Shown piece after piece: positions 50,672-61,047 of a stretch of DNA of 64,000 bases. The position numbers and the translations under genes were made by a program. The notes beneath the pieces were generated by a model that saw nothing but the letters and a program-made list of their open reading frames with translations, was not told the origin of the DNA and searched no databases. Position 1 is the first letter of the stretch, and each line of letters starts with the position of its first letter. Source of the stretch: Candidatus Latescibacterota bacterium (GTDB lineage: Bacteria; Latescibacterota; UBA2968); contig OZ242320.1 of assembly GCA_965208125.1 (NCBI GenBank), positions 4,800,001 to 4,864,000 on the forward strand. The letters are read 5' to 3'.

Positions 50672-51109
50672 ATGGCACTTATTCGTTGGCAGCAACCCCG
50701 TGAGTCTTTCGCGCTGAATCGCGAAATCGACAATCTGGTGAGCAAGTTCTGGGGCGACCTGGACACCTGGCACGGCACGGGCTGGCATCCCCGCGTGGAT
50801 GTAGTGGAATCGGATCATGAATTCACTGTTCACGCCGAATTGCCCGGACTGAACAAGGATGATATCAAGGTGACGCTCGAAGACAATGTGCTCACAATTG
50901 AAGGCGAGCGGAAGCACGAAGACGAGCAGAAGGATAAGCAGTTCTTCCGTCGTGAACGTTCCTACGGGAAATTTAAGCGCGCCTTCAAGCTCGGCACAGA
51001 AGTACAGGCCGACAAAATTGCTGCAAATTACAAGGATGGGGTTTTGACCTTGACGGTGCCCAAGTCCGAAGCAGCAAAACCGCGGCAGATTGAAGTTGCA
51101 GTGTCGTAA
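50672..51109 (+). CDS. Hsp20/alpha-crystallin small heat-shock protein
   Basis: PRVDVVE, AELPG, RERSYGKF.R.F, A.YKDGVLTLTVPK, IEV; RBS aggagg. Confidence 0.95.
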   Translation: MALIRWQQPRESFALNREIDNLVSKFWGDLDTWHGTGWHPRVDVVESDHEFTVHAELPGLNKDDIKVTLEDNVLTIEGERKHEDEQKDKQFFRRERSYGKFKRAFKLGTEVQADKIAANYKDGVLTLTVPKSEAAKPRQIEVAVS

Positions 51110-51128
51110 AAGAGCCAGCCCAAAAAAA

Positions 51129-51172
51129 TAAAAGCCCGGATGAACTTTTGAAAAGTTTTTCCGGGCTTTTTG
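51129..51172 (+). terminator. Intrinsic terminator
   Basis: aaaagcccgga...tccgggctttt. Confidence 0.8.
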
Positions 51173-51300
51173 TTTTATACATCCCCTTTTTCTTCTTTAC
51201 TCATATTATTCTCCGCTGTATCATTGAAACCATATCTGTTTCATCTTGAAATACCCAAAAATTCTGTATATCCCGGTTCAGAATAATTGAGGAGGCATTC

Positions 51301-52341
51301 ATGGCAGAAAGAGTAAAAGTGGCCGCATTGGGGCTGGCGCATGATCATGTGTGGTCAAATTTGCGGGCACTCAAAGCGCTGGATAATGCTGTGCTGGTGG
51401 CTGGTGCAGATGGCAATGCGGAGTTGCGAGAACAATTTGTCGAGGCAACGGGTTGTGAATTGGTATATGATGATTTTGAAGCGTTGCTGAACAATGAGGA
51501 GCCGGATGCGGTGTTTGTATTTACCCCGACGGCACACCACGCCGATGTGGTGGAGTTGTGTGCGCCGCGCGGGATTCATGTGATGGTTGAAAAACCAATG
51601 GCAGCGACCTTAGAGCAAGCGGACCGCATGTTGACGGCTGCGCGAAAGGCGGGGACGGTGTTGATGGTCAATTGGCCGACAGCGTGGAATCGCGGCATCC
51701 GCACGGCTTATCGCCTGGTGCAAGAAGGCGCGATCGGACAGGTGTGGCAACTGCTGTGGCGCGGTGGGCATTGTGGGCCGGATGAGTTGGGGTGTTCCGA
51801 ACATTTTTGCGATTTCCTATTCGATAGTCATCTCAATGGCGCGGGTGCTTTTAACGATTACGGGGGATATGGCGCGAGTTTGTGTGTGTTGTTTTTGGGG
51901 CGGCCAAATCGCGTGGTGGGAATGGCGGGGCGGCTGTTGAAAACGCATTTGCCCGTAGATGATAATGGGATGATGATTTTGCGCTATCCAAATGCGATGT
52001 GCCGGCTGGAGATGACATGGACAGAAGCCGTGCCGAACAAGCCGCCGCACGATTTGATGTTGCACGGGACGGAAGGGACGATTATTGCGGGAAGTGATGT
52101 TGTTTTGTACACGCGCGGCAGTAAAAATGGCAAAACAATTGCGCCAGATGCATTGCCCGAAGGGGAAAATAATGCCTCCGAACATTTTATTCATTGTATT
52201 CAATCTGACGCATCGCCCGGTTTTGTGACTTGTGCGGATTTGTCGCGCAATGCACAGGAAATTATGGAGGCAGGGCTTGTTTCTGCGACCAATGGCATTA
52301 CCATGTCATTGCCCATTGAAGATCATTTGTTCAGGGAGTAG
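51301..52341 (+). CDS. Gfo/Idh/MocA family oxidoreductase
   Basis: GLAHDH, MVEKPMA, GAFNDYGGYG. Confidence 0.88.
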   Translation: MAERVKVAALGLAHDHVWSNLRALKALDNAVLVAGADGNAELREQFVEATGCELVYDDFEALLNNEEPDAVFVFTPTAHHADVVELCAPRGIHVMVEKPMAATLEQADRMLTAARKAGTVLMVNWPTAWNRGIRTAYRLVQEGAIGQVWQLLWRGGHCGPDELGCSEHFCDFLFDSHLNGAGAFNDYGGYGASLCVLFLGRPNRVVGMAGRLLKTHLPVDDNGMMILRYPNAMCRLEMTWTEAVPNKPPHDLMLHGTEGTIIAGSDVVLYTRGSKNGKTIAPDALPEGENNASEHFIHCIQSDASPGFVTCADLSRNAQEIMEAGLVSATNGITMSLPIEDHLFRE

Positions 52342-52344
52342 GGG

Positions 52345-54615
52345 ATGCGGTGGTTTATTTTTGTCGTATTTACTATTGCTTTTGCCGCTCAAAGTGGGGC
52401 GCAAGAGAATGTGATTGATCGTGACAGTCTCGCAGTTTTACTGGCCGAAGTACCGGTTGATACACTGGTCGCAAAACTGGGTGACTCTCTGTTTTCACCC
52501 CCAGAGGGTAGGGCACGTATTTTGCGCGATGCCTATGGCGTACCACATATTTATGGGCACACAGATGTGGATGTCGCATTTGGTTTTGGCTATGCACAGG
52601 CAGAAGATCACCTCTTGCAGATGTTGAAGAATTTTCGCCAGGCCAGAGGGCGTTTGGCCGAGGTCGAAGGTGCTTCGGCCTTAAAATCAGATGAAATGGC
52701 TTTGCGGTGGCGCATTCACAGTGTGGCCGGTGAACGGTATGGAGATATTTCTGAGGAGACGCAGCAATATATCGCGGCTTTTGTTGAGGGTATCAACCAC
52801 TATATTGCGATTCATCAGCAGGTATTGCCGCAGTGGGTTCAGGATGTGCGAGCGGTAGATGTAGTGGCTCTTGCGCGGTGGATTTTATTTTTGTTTGCCG
52901 AGCAAACCGGTGAATCCGAATTGGCCCATGTGGGATTGACGACAACGGTTCCCAAATTGCCGGGATCCAATATGTGGGTTGTGGGGGCGTCTCGGTCTGG
53001 CAGTGGCGCGCCCTTGCTGGCGATGGATGTACAGTTGCCGTACACAACACCCTTTCAGCTTTGCGAGGCGCATCTGGTTAGCAAGGCGGGTTTGGATGTG
53101 ATGGGGGCGACATTTTTTGGGTTGCCGATTATTTTTGTCGGTCACAATAATCACATTGCCTGGTCAATAACCACCAATGATATTGATGTTTTTGATTTGT
53201 ACGAGGAGCGTCTGGATCCCATCAATCCCAGACGCTATTTTTACAGGAACGAGAAAAGGCGTGTGCTGTCGCGACATGTGAAAATTGGCATACATAGCGA
53301 GCATGGAATTCGGGAAGTTGAGCGCGAGTTGCGCTATACCGATCACGGCCCGGTTTATAAGACGATTGGCAACTGGGCTTATGCGGGGCGTACGAGTGTG
53401 GAAAATCGCGTGGATGCAATAGGGCAATTGTTGGGGATGAATCGCGCGGTAACACTGAACAATTTTCAGCAGGCGCTTTCGCATTTGGAGTTGCCGGTTT
53501 TCAATGTGATATACGGCGATGTGACAGGCGAAATTTTTTATGTGTTTAATGGCCGCTGTCCCGTGCGATCAGAAAATTTCGACTGGCGCGCACCCGTGCC
53601 GGGTTGGACGCCTGAAACAGAGTGGAGAAGTGTGATCGCATTTTCTGAATTGCCACAAGTGCATAATCCCGCTTCTGGCTTTTTGCAGAATTGCAGTGTC
53701 TCTCCAGATGTGGTTGCGATTGATAGTGGTCTTAAAAGGGACGATTTCCCACTGTTTTTGGGGTGGGGAACGCCCAATTATCGTGCACAGCGAATTGCGA
53801 ACTGGCTGCTCGCGCATCAAAATATCTCGGTTGGTGATATGCAGATTTTGCTGCGGGATGACTATCTCTTTGATGTAGAAGAATATAAGGGGCTGATTTT
53901 TCGCGCGTATAACCGCGCCTGGCCTGTGCTATACGACCCCAACTGGGAGGTAGGCAAGGCTGTTCAAATTCTCAGGGTATGGGATAATCGGGCGAGTTTA
54001 GAGAGCGTTGGCACGCTTTTGTTTTCGATTTGGAAGGCCCGATTCAATTCGTCGTTCGCACAGGTTCCGCAAAAGCGAGATATTTTGGTTCGGGAAAAGG
54101 TCGCATTGGAGGCGTTGCAACAGGCGGTCGCATATATGACCGCGACTTACGGGCGATTGGATGTGCCCTGGGGGCAGGTGCATTATTTGAAGCGAGGAGA
54201 TCGCACTTTTCCGGTGAGTGGTGCGCCTTCTGGTACGGAGGCTTTGCGTCAGACGCTGACCCGGATAGAAGCAGATGGCACAATGGCTATCGAAGGTGGA
54301 TCGGCTTTTGGAATGGTGGTTTCGCTGATGCAGCCGGTGCAGTCGTGGAGTGCGCTGGCTTATGGGAATAGCGAAGATCTCGAGTCTCCCCATTATGACG
54401 ATCAGGCCGATTTACAACATCGCAATACATTTAAGAAGACGGTTTTTACAATTGGTGATTTGCAACCTGTTCTGACTGATCTGACAACGGTTCCTTACGA
54501 TCCCGAAGAAGCCGAACACCAATCGCTTAAGGTTCTCTGGCGCAAGCAGTTGCAAACAGGTGTAGTCGCTCTCGATTCTACAAATACTGAGTCAGAATCC
54601 TCAAGCGACGATTAA
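52345..54615 (+). CDS. Penicillin acylase family (S45) Ntn-hydrolase
   Basis: RDAYGVPHIYG, GYAQAED, GSNMWVVG (beta-subunit Ser), SPHYDDQA. Confidence 0.9.
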   Translation: MRWFIFVVFTIAFAAQSGAQENVIDRDSLAVLLAEVPVDTLVAKLGDSLFSPPEGRARILRDAYGVPHIYGHTDVDVAFGFGYAQAEDHLLQMLKNFRQARGRLAEVEGASALKSDEMALRWRIHSVAGERYGDISEETQQYIAAFVEGINHYIAIHQQVLPQWVQDVRAVDVVALARWILFLFAEQTGESELAHVGLTTTVPKLPGSNMWVVGASRSGSGAPLLAMDVQLPYTTPFQLCEAHLVSKAGLDVMGATFFGLPIIFVGHNNHIAWSITTNDIDVFDLYEERLDPINPRRYFYRNEKRRVLSRHVKIGIHSEHGIREVERELRYTDHGPVYKTIGNWAYAGRTSVENRVDAIGQLLGMNRAVTLNNFQQALSHLELPVFNVIYGDVTGEIFYVFNGRCPVRSENFDWRAPVPGWTPETEWRSVIAFSELPQVHNPASGFLQNCSVSPDVVAIDSGLKRDDFPLFLGWGTPNYRAQRIANWLLAHQNISVGDMQILLRDDYLFDVEEYKGLIFRAYNRAWPVLYDPNWEVGKAVQILRVWDNRASLESVGTLLFSIWKARFNSSFAQVPQKRDILVREKVALEALQQAVAYMTATYGRLDVPWGQVHYLKRGDRTFPVSGAPSGTEALRQTLTRIEADGTMAIEGGSAFGMVVSLMQPVQSWSALAYGNSEDLESPHYDDQADLQHRNTFKKTVFTIGDLQPVLTDLTTVPYDPEEAEHQSLKVLWRKQLQTGVVALDSTNTESESSSDD

Positions 54616-54656
54616 AAAATACCCCGTACTTTGAGACATTGTATCAGGAGGTGATT

Positions 54657-57077
54657 ATGCGTTTTTGGATATTATTTTTCGCACTGATGGCAGTTGTTTC
54701 CGATCATGTATATGCACAGGGTATGGTCCAACAGGTAGTGGGGGATCTCGTTTATGTGAAAGGGCTTTCGGCTGATCTGGATGGGAAATTGCGGGTTGCA
54801 GGCGATGACGGTGCGGTTTTGCAGGTAATCAAGGTGTTGCCCAATATGGTGGTTGCACGCGTGGTTGAGGAAAATGGTTCGCCGGTAAAATCTGGGGATC
54901 GGACTCAGGTGGATGATGATACGCTTGTAGGCTCGCCGCGCAGGATAACGCATGCGACGCGGGTTGCAGAGGCCCCGCGCATTGACGGACGGTTGGACGA
55001 TGCGGTTTGGCAACAGGCGCAGGCCGCAGAGGGGTTTGTTCAGCGCGATCCAAAATACTGGATGCCGGTGACTGAGCGGACGGTTGTGAAAATTATTTAC
55101 GACAATGAGAAAATTTATTTTGGTTTTGAATGTTATGACAAAAATCCCGGTCTCATTGTCACCAATAATATGCGTCGAGATTCTCAGCTTTCCGGCGATG
55201 ACAATATCCAGTTGTTGCTCGATCCGTTTAATGACAAACAGAATGGGGTTTTCTTTTTTGTCAATGCGCTCGGTGCGCGGACAGATATGCTTTTGTCAAA
55301 TGAAGGGCGAACGACGAATGAAGATTGGGATTGTATCTGGGAGGCGCGGTGTGTGCGCCACGAGATGGGCTGGACTGCCGAAATAGCGATTCCATTTAAT
55401 CAACTCCGTTTCAATCCGTCTGATGAGATGGAATGGGGAATTAACATGGGGCGTTATATCGGTCACAAGAACGAAGAGACCGCGTTTATTGTCGGGCGAC
55501 ATACGCCGTCGCCCCGGCGGCGATATCAAATGACAGATATGGGTGTGTTGCGCGGATTAAAGGCTGTTGAGAGAAAGCGGCTTTTTCAGGTCAAGCCGTA
55601 TGTGTTGCCGGGGACTTCGCGCAATTTTGCGGGCGATGAGGATGAAAAACGCACGTTTGAAGCGGGTGCAGATGTGCGCTATGGCCTGACGCCCAATCTC
55701 GCACTGGATGTGTCTTATAATACGGATTTTGCCCAGGTCGAAGCCGATCAAGAGCAGGTGAATTTGACGCAGTTTTCTCAGTTTTTTCCTGAAAAGCGAG
55801 AATTTTTCCTGGAGGGGGCGCAGTTGTTTGACTTTGGCGAGGCCGCGTCAACTCGTGGGGGCGATGTGCGCCCACCAACACTGCTGTTTTACAGCAGAAG
55901 AATCGGTCTGGATGAGGGGCAGCCTGTGCCGATTCTCGCAGGGGGCAAATTGGCCGGCAAAGCCGGGCGTACCAGTATTGGCGCATTAAATGTGCTGACG
56001 GATTCTGAGATGCTGGACACGCAGACGCTACCGCGCAGGAATTTTTCCGTGCTTCGGATCAAGCGCGATGTGTTCGCGCGGTCCAATGTGGGATTTATCT
56101 GGGTAAATAAACAAAGCGAAGTGTCCGAAGGCGGGTGGGGCGACTACAATCGCGCAGGGGGGCTGGATTTCAGTTTTTCGCCTTCAACAGCGGTCAATAT
56201 TCAGGCGTTTTATGCGCGCACCTGGGATAAGGACGCCGAAGAAGTGGATGACGCGCGGTATCTTCGCTTTTCGTATAGCGGTACCAAATACTCGGGTTCG
56301 GCAACAGTTCTGGATGTAGGGGACAATTTTGAGCCGGAGGCGGGGTTTGTCAACCGGCGGCGTGGCATTCGGGGATTTCGGCGTTACAATGTCAATCTAT
56401 CCTATTTGCCGCGTCCCAGAGTAGCCAATATCCGCAATTTGAGGTTCACGCCCGATATTCAAGTGATTGAAGACGACGAAGGCGAGGTGCCGTTCCAGCG
56501 GTTCAGACTTGACGGTGTGCTCGCACTTCAGACGGCTGACCGCTTTTTGGTGCGTATGGAGAGAACCCGCGATGTCGTCACACGGCCTTTTAGACCGTCG
56601 AGTAAGCGGCCCGATGTCGCCATTCCGCCGGACGAATATACTTTTACATCGTTCAGGCTGGGACCGGATACGGCAAGTTATCGCAAATTGCAGTTGGATT
56701 TTGATTTTCTGGTGGGGACCTATTATACGGGACACCTGTATCGGGTGACGGCAGAGAATGCCTATCGGCCCAATGGCAGATTGGGTATTGAGTTGATTTA
56801 CGATGGCAATTGGATTCGCTTGCCACAGGCCAATCTCAATATTCAGGCATTGAGTACGCGGTTGATTTACTCGTTTACAACCGATTTCTTTTTTAAAATT
56901 TTCGCACAGTGGAATAGTGATAGCGAATCCGTGGGCGCAAACTTTTTGCTCAATTACCGGTTCCGGCCGGGCAGCGATATTTTCTTTGTCTATGATCACG
57001 GGTTTGGAACCGCTGGCGATCTTCACCAGACCAGCCGAGCCTTGCTGCTCAAGGTGTCGTATTTGATTGGGTTGTGA
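54657..57077 (+). CDS. CBM9-like + DUF5916 outer-membrane protein
   Basis: PRIDGRLDDAVW, GWTAEIAIPF, NTDFAQVEAD, FFPEKREFFLEG, LFYSRRIG. Confidence 0.85.
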   Translation: MRFWILFFALMAVVSDHVYAQGMVQQVVGDLVYVKGLSADLDGKLRVAGDDGAVLQVIKVLPNMVVARVVEENGSPVKSGDRTQVDDDTLVGSPRRITHATRVAEAPRIDGRLDDAVWQQAQAAEGFVQRDPKYWMPVTERTVVKIIYDNEKIYFGFECYDKNPGLIVTNNMRRDSQLSGDDNIQLLLDPFNDKQNGVFFFVNALGARTDMLLSNEGRTTNEDWDCIWEARCVRHEMGWTAEIAIPFNQLRFNPSDEMEWGINMGRYIGHKNEETAFIVGRHTPSPRRRYQMTDMGVLRGLKAVERKRLFQVKPYVLPGTSRNFAGDEDEKRTFEAGADVRYGLTPNLALDVSYNTDFAQVEADQEQVNLTQFSQFFPEKREFFLEGAQLFDFGEAASTRGGDVRPPTLLFYSRRIGLDEGQPVPILAGGKLAGKAGRTSIGALNVLTDSEMLDTQTLPRRNFSVLRIKRDVFARSNVGFIWVNKQSEVSEGGWGDYNRAGGLDFSFSPSTAVNIQAFYARTWDKDAEEVDDARYLRFSYSGTKYSGSATVLDVGDNFEPEAGFVNRRRGIRGFRRYNVNLSYLPRPRVANIRNLRFTPDIQVIEDDEGEVPFQRFRLDGVLALQTADRFLVRMERTRDVVTRPFRPSSKRPDVAIPPDEYTFTSFRLGPDTASYRKLQLDFDFLVGTYYTGHLYRVTAENAYRPNGRLGIELIYDGNWIRLPQANLNIQALSTRLIYSFTTDFFFKIFAQWNSDSESVGANFLLNYRFRPGSDIFFVYDHGFGTAGDLHQTSRALLLKVSYLIGL

Positions 57078-57110
57078 GATAAGGGGAGAATAAAAAAGAA
57101 AGGTGCAGCA

Positions 57111-57899
57111 ATGTACAACCTATTATGCGTTCTGATTCTATCAATGGTAATAGGACCTCCCGATTCGGTAAAGGCAGTTGATGATTCGAAAACGTTGGAT
57201 CGCGTGAGAATCGGTGACAAGTGGGGGTTTGCCGACTCGACAGGCAAGATGGTTATCGATCCGATTTTTGACCTTACCTGGGGATTTTCAGAGGGATCAG
57301 AGGGATTGGCTGCTGTGAAAGTTAGGGACAAGTGGGGATATATCAACCCTGAAAGTGAGATCGTTATCAAGCTGCAATTTGATGAGGCCTGGTCTTTTTC
57401 GGAAGGATTGGCGCGTGTAAAAATTGGTCGCAAGTGGGGATATATCGATCAGACAGGTGAGATGGTGATTAAGCCACAGTTTGACTATGCCCAGTCTTTT
57501 TCAAAAGGGTTGGCTATGGTGCAAAACGAGGGGTATTGGCGGTACATCGACAAGAGTGGACAGTATATCAAGAATACAGACGGCAGTGGCATGAATACGA
57601 TTGACGGTTTGCCACCACCGCCATCGGGTGTAATTGAGCAACGACCAGAACTCGTGCATTCCGTATCGCCGGTTTATCCCAAAGATGCCTGGGAAGCCAG
57701 GCTGACTGGAAAAGTGATTTTGAGATTTTTGGTTGAGAAGGATGGTCGGGTGAGCAATGTGACGGTGCTTAGAGGTCAAGAAGTTTTCCGGCAGGCAGCG
57801 ATTGATGCTCTTATGCAATTCCGGTTCAAGCCCGCACAAATAGACGATGAATCGATTTCCGTCTGGATGACACAGGCGATTTCATTCAATTTGAAATGA
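57111..57899 (+). CDS. WG-repeat + TonB C-terminal domain protein
   Basis: KWGYI...FSEGLA repeats; PVYP..A...G.V.L.F.V..DG.V...F.PA. Confidence 0.85.
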   Translation: MYNLLCVLILSMVIGPPDSVKAVDDSKTLDRVRIGDKWGFADSTGKMVIDPIFDLTWGFSEGSEGLAAVKVRDKWGYINPESEIVIKLQFDEAWSFSEGLARVKIGRKWGYIDQTGEMVIKPQFDYAQSFSKGLAMVQNEGYWRYIDKSGQYIKNTDGSGMNTIDGLPPPPSGVIEQRPELVHSVSPVYPKDAWEARLTGKVILRFLVEKDGRVSNVTVLRGQEVFRQAAIDALMQFRFKPAQIDDESISVWMTQAISFNLK

Positions 57900-58082
57900 A
57901 GTGACGACTTCAAACAGATGGTCTGCTAAGCAGTTGTAATCGCCTCCCTCAGCCATATCATAGGAGATAATGTAGCACCTGTTCATTTCAGTTCATCTTA
58001 TAAAAAAACAGTCAAGGGAGAGGCCTCGCTACCTCGGTAATAGGCCCAACCTTGACTATGCGATAATTTTACTCCACTCTCA

Positions 58083-58481
58083 TCAAGAAACGTCAACCGT
58101 GTTGGATTGTTTTTTGGTTTCATGAGATAACACAGCCAAAGCAACCTTTCTTGCCCAAAAGAGATTGGGTGTACCATCAACTATTATTTGTGCCAAAAGT
58201 TGACCTTCGTCTGGGTTGTAATCCTGGATAATGGTCAAGTAGGCTGCTATGGATATATCCCAGGGATTTTCATAATTTTGATCAATAGGACGATTGCAGA
58301 CTTCGACTGCCCTTTTCCAGAGTTTCCTATAAGCAGAGCCATCTTCGATGCGATCTCGAAGTTGTTTAACCTCATTTTGATTACAAACTATCGATCCAAA
58401 TGTTCGAAATCCACTCGCGACGCCCACTCTGGCTCCAAACTCGAAACTTTCAATCGCTTTGAATAAGTTTTGAAGACTCAT
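58083..58481 (-). CDS. Hypothetical helical protein, translationally coupled to the upstream gene
   Basis: ATGA overlap at 58478-58481; YENPWD motif. Confidence 0.6.
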   Translation of the reverse strand: MSLQNLFKAIESFEFGARVGVASGFRTFGSIVCNQNEVKQLRDRIEDGSAYRKLWKRAVEVCNRPIDQNYENPWDISIAAYLTIIQDYNPDEGQLLAQIIVDGTPNLFWARKVALAVLSHETKKQSNTVDVS

Positions 58482-58996
58482 GGATCACTCCTTCTTTCTG
58501 TCCAGACTTCCCAATCATCAAATTGCAATGCCTCCGGAAGATCTTTTATTTTGTGAAAATACTCCCCATCCTCTCCCCATTTGCTCAAAACAATCCGTTC
58601 AATTTCACCATCTTCATCAGGTGGTGCATTACCGAATATCCGCCCAACGTGAATGACTTCGCTGGATAATGTATAAACCACAATATCATCGCCCTTTGCT
58701 TCTACTTCCTCGATCTTCCGATAGCTGTCCTCTTCAAGGATCATGCGTACCTGCTGATCATCAATATGGACACGGCGTGTAGCGAAGACCATACCAACAC
58801 AATTGTAAACGCCACTAATTGATCTGAGATGAGCACCTACTCTGTTGGCAAAATTCTCGTGTACATCTATTTTCGCCTGTATTACCTCTGGCAGTAATTC
58901 TTGGCGCTTTTCATTGGGTATCCATACCCCTGATTTTGTGGATAGTTCAATGCTCTTTGAATCACTCGGGTTTCCCTGGTTGAAGATATGAATCAT
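58478..58996 (-). CDS. Putative papain/NlpC-P60-fold protein (DUF7689-like)
   Basis: YNCVGMVF...DIVVY...HVGR...SKWG...YFH pattern. Confidence 0.55.
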   Translation of the reverse strand: MIHIFNQGNPSDSKSIELSTKSGVWIPNEKRQELLPEVIQAKIDVHENFANRVGAHLRSISGVYNCVGMVFATRRVHIDDQQVRMILEEDSYRKIEEVEAKGDDIVVYTLSSEVIHVGRIFGNAPPDEDGEIERIVLSKWGEDGEYFHKIKDLPEALQFDDWEVWTERRSDP

Positions 58997-59254
58997 AGAG
59001 AGCCTATATAAGATACTTACTCTAAGAACTTTTTTAAAGCCTTAATTTAATAAGGCTTAGCACTAAAAAGAAATATGTTTATTCGCAACTCGGTCTTATT
59101 GACGTTCATCCTTGAACATGGTCAGATTTCTTAGTCCTGTTGATAATTTTACTCAAAATTTATGTGCAAATCAAGGGCGGTTGTGATAAATATTAGAAGT
59201 CGAGGCAGGGATGCCTCTCTTATAGGTTTATTTTTGCTATGTACTTTAAAATTA

Positions 59255-59286
59255 AAAAGCACCCGAGTTCCATCCGGGTGCTTTCT
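59255..59286. terminator. Intrinsic terminator of the PEGA operon
   Basis: aaaagcacccg...cgggtgcttt. Confidence 0.75.
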
Positions 59287-59346
59287 GTTTTTTGGGAGGG
59301 AGGGTATTATCTGCGTTCATCCGTGTTAATCTGCGGATGCTTCTTC

Positions 59347-61047
59347 TCACAGCGCGAGAGCAATGCCTATCCCGACGATGGGGATGAGCAGGTATTTGAG
59401 CAGTCCGCTGCGTTTGCCCTGGATGTTGCCGAGAATGGATGTTTCTAATTTTTTATTTCCTGTTTTGTAATACAGGCATTCCGTACCTGGGGTCGCGGCA
59501 ATGGCAGTAACCCCGGGCCAAACGGGTTTGATGCCGCTTGCAGGATAGAGAATAATATTTTCGCGGTGGCGTTTGTAATCGCCCATTTTGACCAGAAGTG
59601 CGTATTCGCGGCCAAAAGTAATCTGATCGGGTTGAACAATCGGGCCGAGTTCGTCCCCGACGACGGTTTGCAAGCGAACCGTATCCGACGCGGTTTTGGC
59701 GGTGGGTAACCAAAGACTGACACGCGGTGAGATAGGTAGAAAAGCGGGGGCATCTGAGATGCGGAATGAAATGGGAATGGCCATATTTTGCGTATCTTTG
59801 AGCATGTAATGGCCTTTGGGAAGGGTGAGGGAAAACTCTTGCTCCCGATTGGCGATATTGTCGTTCAGGATGTGTTCGGCAAGCGCAACGAGGCTGTCGT
59901 GCATGGCCTGTTCGTGCGGCGATGTGGCCGGGGGCACGGGTGCTGCTCGCGTGAAGCGCACCTGTTCAAAGCGCAGGGTATTGGGGTGCATGTTGCGAAT
60001 GGCGAGATAGGCCGCATTTACGTTGACATCTAATCGCCCGAGGCGCGTGTGCCATTGTTCAGCAAAGCGCGTGAGATCGCCCAGGCGGGACTCGTTTTCC
60101 CCTGGAAGGGGATTGGGTTCTTGTTCAATGGGAAAAGGAGAACGCCCCCGGGCTTCTTCAAAGAGTGCGTGAGCTTCTGAGAAGCGGCGGTATTTGCCGA
60201 GTACAATGCCGCGGTACACGTCAATTTGCGACAGCGCACGGAGCAGGCCGCGTTCGCTTTTTCCCATAAGACGCATCGTGCGTTCTAATTCGCGCGTCTG
60301 GTGGCTATAGTATTTCAGGTCTTTGATAAAAGGCGTCAGGCGCGGATCGCTGAGGCGGATAGACGCATTGGTTTCAACTGCGGGGACTGTTTCGCCAATG
60401 GCCAGGGCAGCGGCGAGGAGTTGCGCACTTTCGGCGAGGTATTGATCTGCGATATCCACGAGACCGGGTATGGACAATGCCGTGAGTGGCAGCGGATTGC
60501 GGGTAAGCCTAATTTCTATGAGTTTGCCACGCGGGGGCAGAAAGAGGTCTTGTTCGATGAGGTTAAAGCCGGGTTTGCTGATTTCGAGGCGGTATTTGCC
60601 TACAAAAAGGTCCGACATATAAGCCACATTGCCGCGGCCGATGTTGATAAACCCGGTGATGGTCGTGTCTTGATCTGCAAACCGAAGGTGTATTTCCGCG
60701 CCTAAGGCCGCGAGTTGATCTGACCGGATCTCCAGATGCGCTTTCTGGCGCGTGAGCGCAATATGCACCGTATCTGCCAAAACGGTTGTCGTAAATGTGC
60801 GCGTCCAGGGCTGGTAGCCGTGTGCATACGCCTGAATTTTATCGCCAATGTCCAGCAACTTTTCTGTGACAAATGGCGTATAACCCGCTTCCTGCCCGTT
60901 GATGAAGACCTGAGCACCTGTGGGTTCTGAGCGGATGTGAATCTTTGTCTTGAGAAGCGTCCTCGGCGCAGGCTCTGTTTCTTGAGCCTGGATATGGAAC
61001 GGTGTGGTCAGCAGGATGCAAAATAAAATGAATTTCAGGGTGTTCAT
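59347..61047 (-). CDS. PEGA-domain secreted/membrane-anchored protein
   Basis: Start MNTLKFIL (ATGA overlap); IRSEPTGAQVFING...GYTP; C-terminal hydrophobic anchor. Confidence 0.8.
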   Translation of the reverse strand: MNTLKFILFCILLTTPFHIQAQETEPAPRTLLKTKIHIRSEPTGAQVFINGQEAGYTPFVTEKLLDIGDKIQAYAHGYQPWTRTFTTTVLADTVHIALTRQKAHLEIRSDQLAALGAEIHLRFADQDTTITGFINIGRGNVAYMSDLFVGKYRLEISKPGFNLIEQDLFLPPRGKLIEIRLTRNPLPLTALSIPGLVDIADQYLAESAQLLAAALAIGETVPAVETNASIRLSDPRLTPFIKDLKYYSHQTRELERTMRLMGKSERGLLRALSQIDVYRGIVLGKYRRFSEAHALFEEARGRSPFPIEQEPNPLPGENESRLGDLTRFAEQWHTRLGRLDVNVNAAYLAIRNMHPNTLRFEQVRFTRAAPVPPATSPHEQAMHDSLVALAEHILNDNIANREQEFSLTLPKGHYMLKDTQNMAIPISFRISDAPAFLPISPRVSLWLPTAKTASDTVRLQTVVGDELGPIVQPDQITFGREYALLVKMGDYKRHRENIILYPASGIKPVWPGVTAIAATPGTECLYYKTGNKKLETSILGNIQGKRSGLLKYLLIPIVGIGIALAL

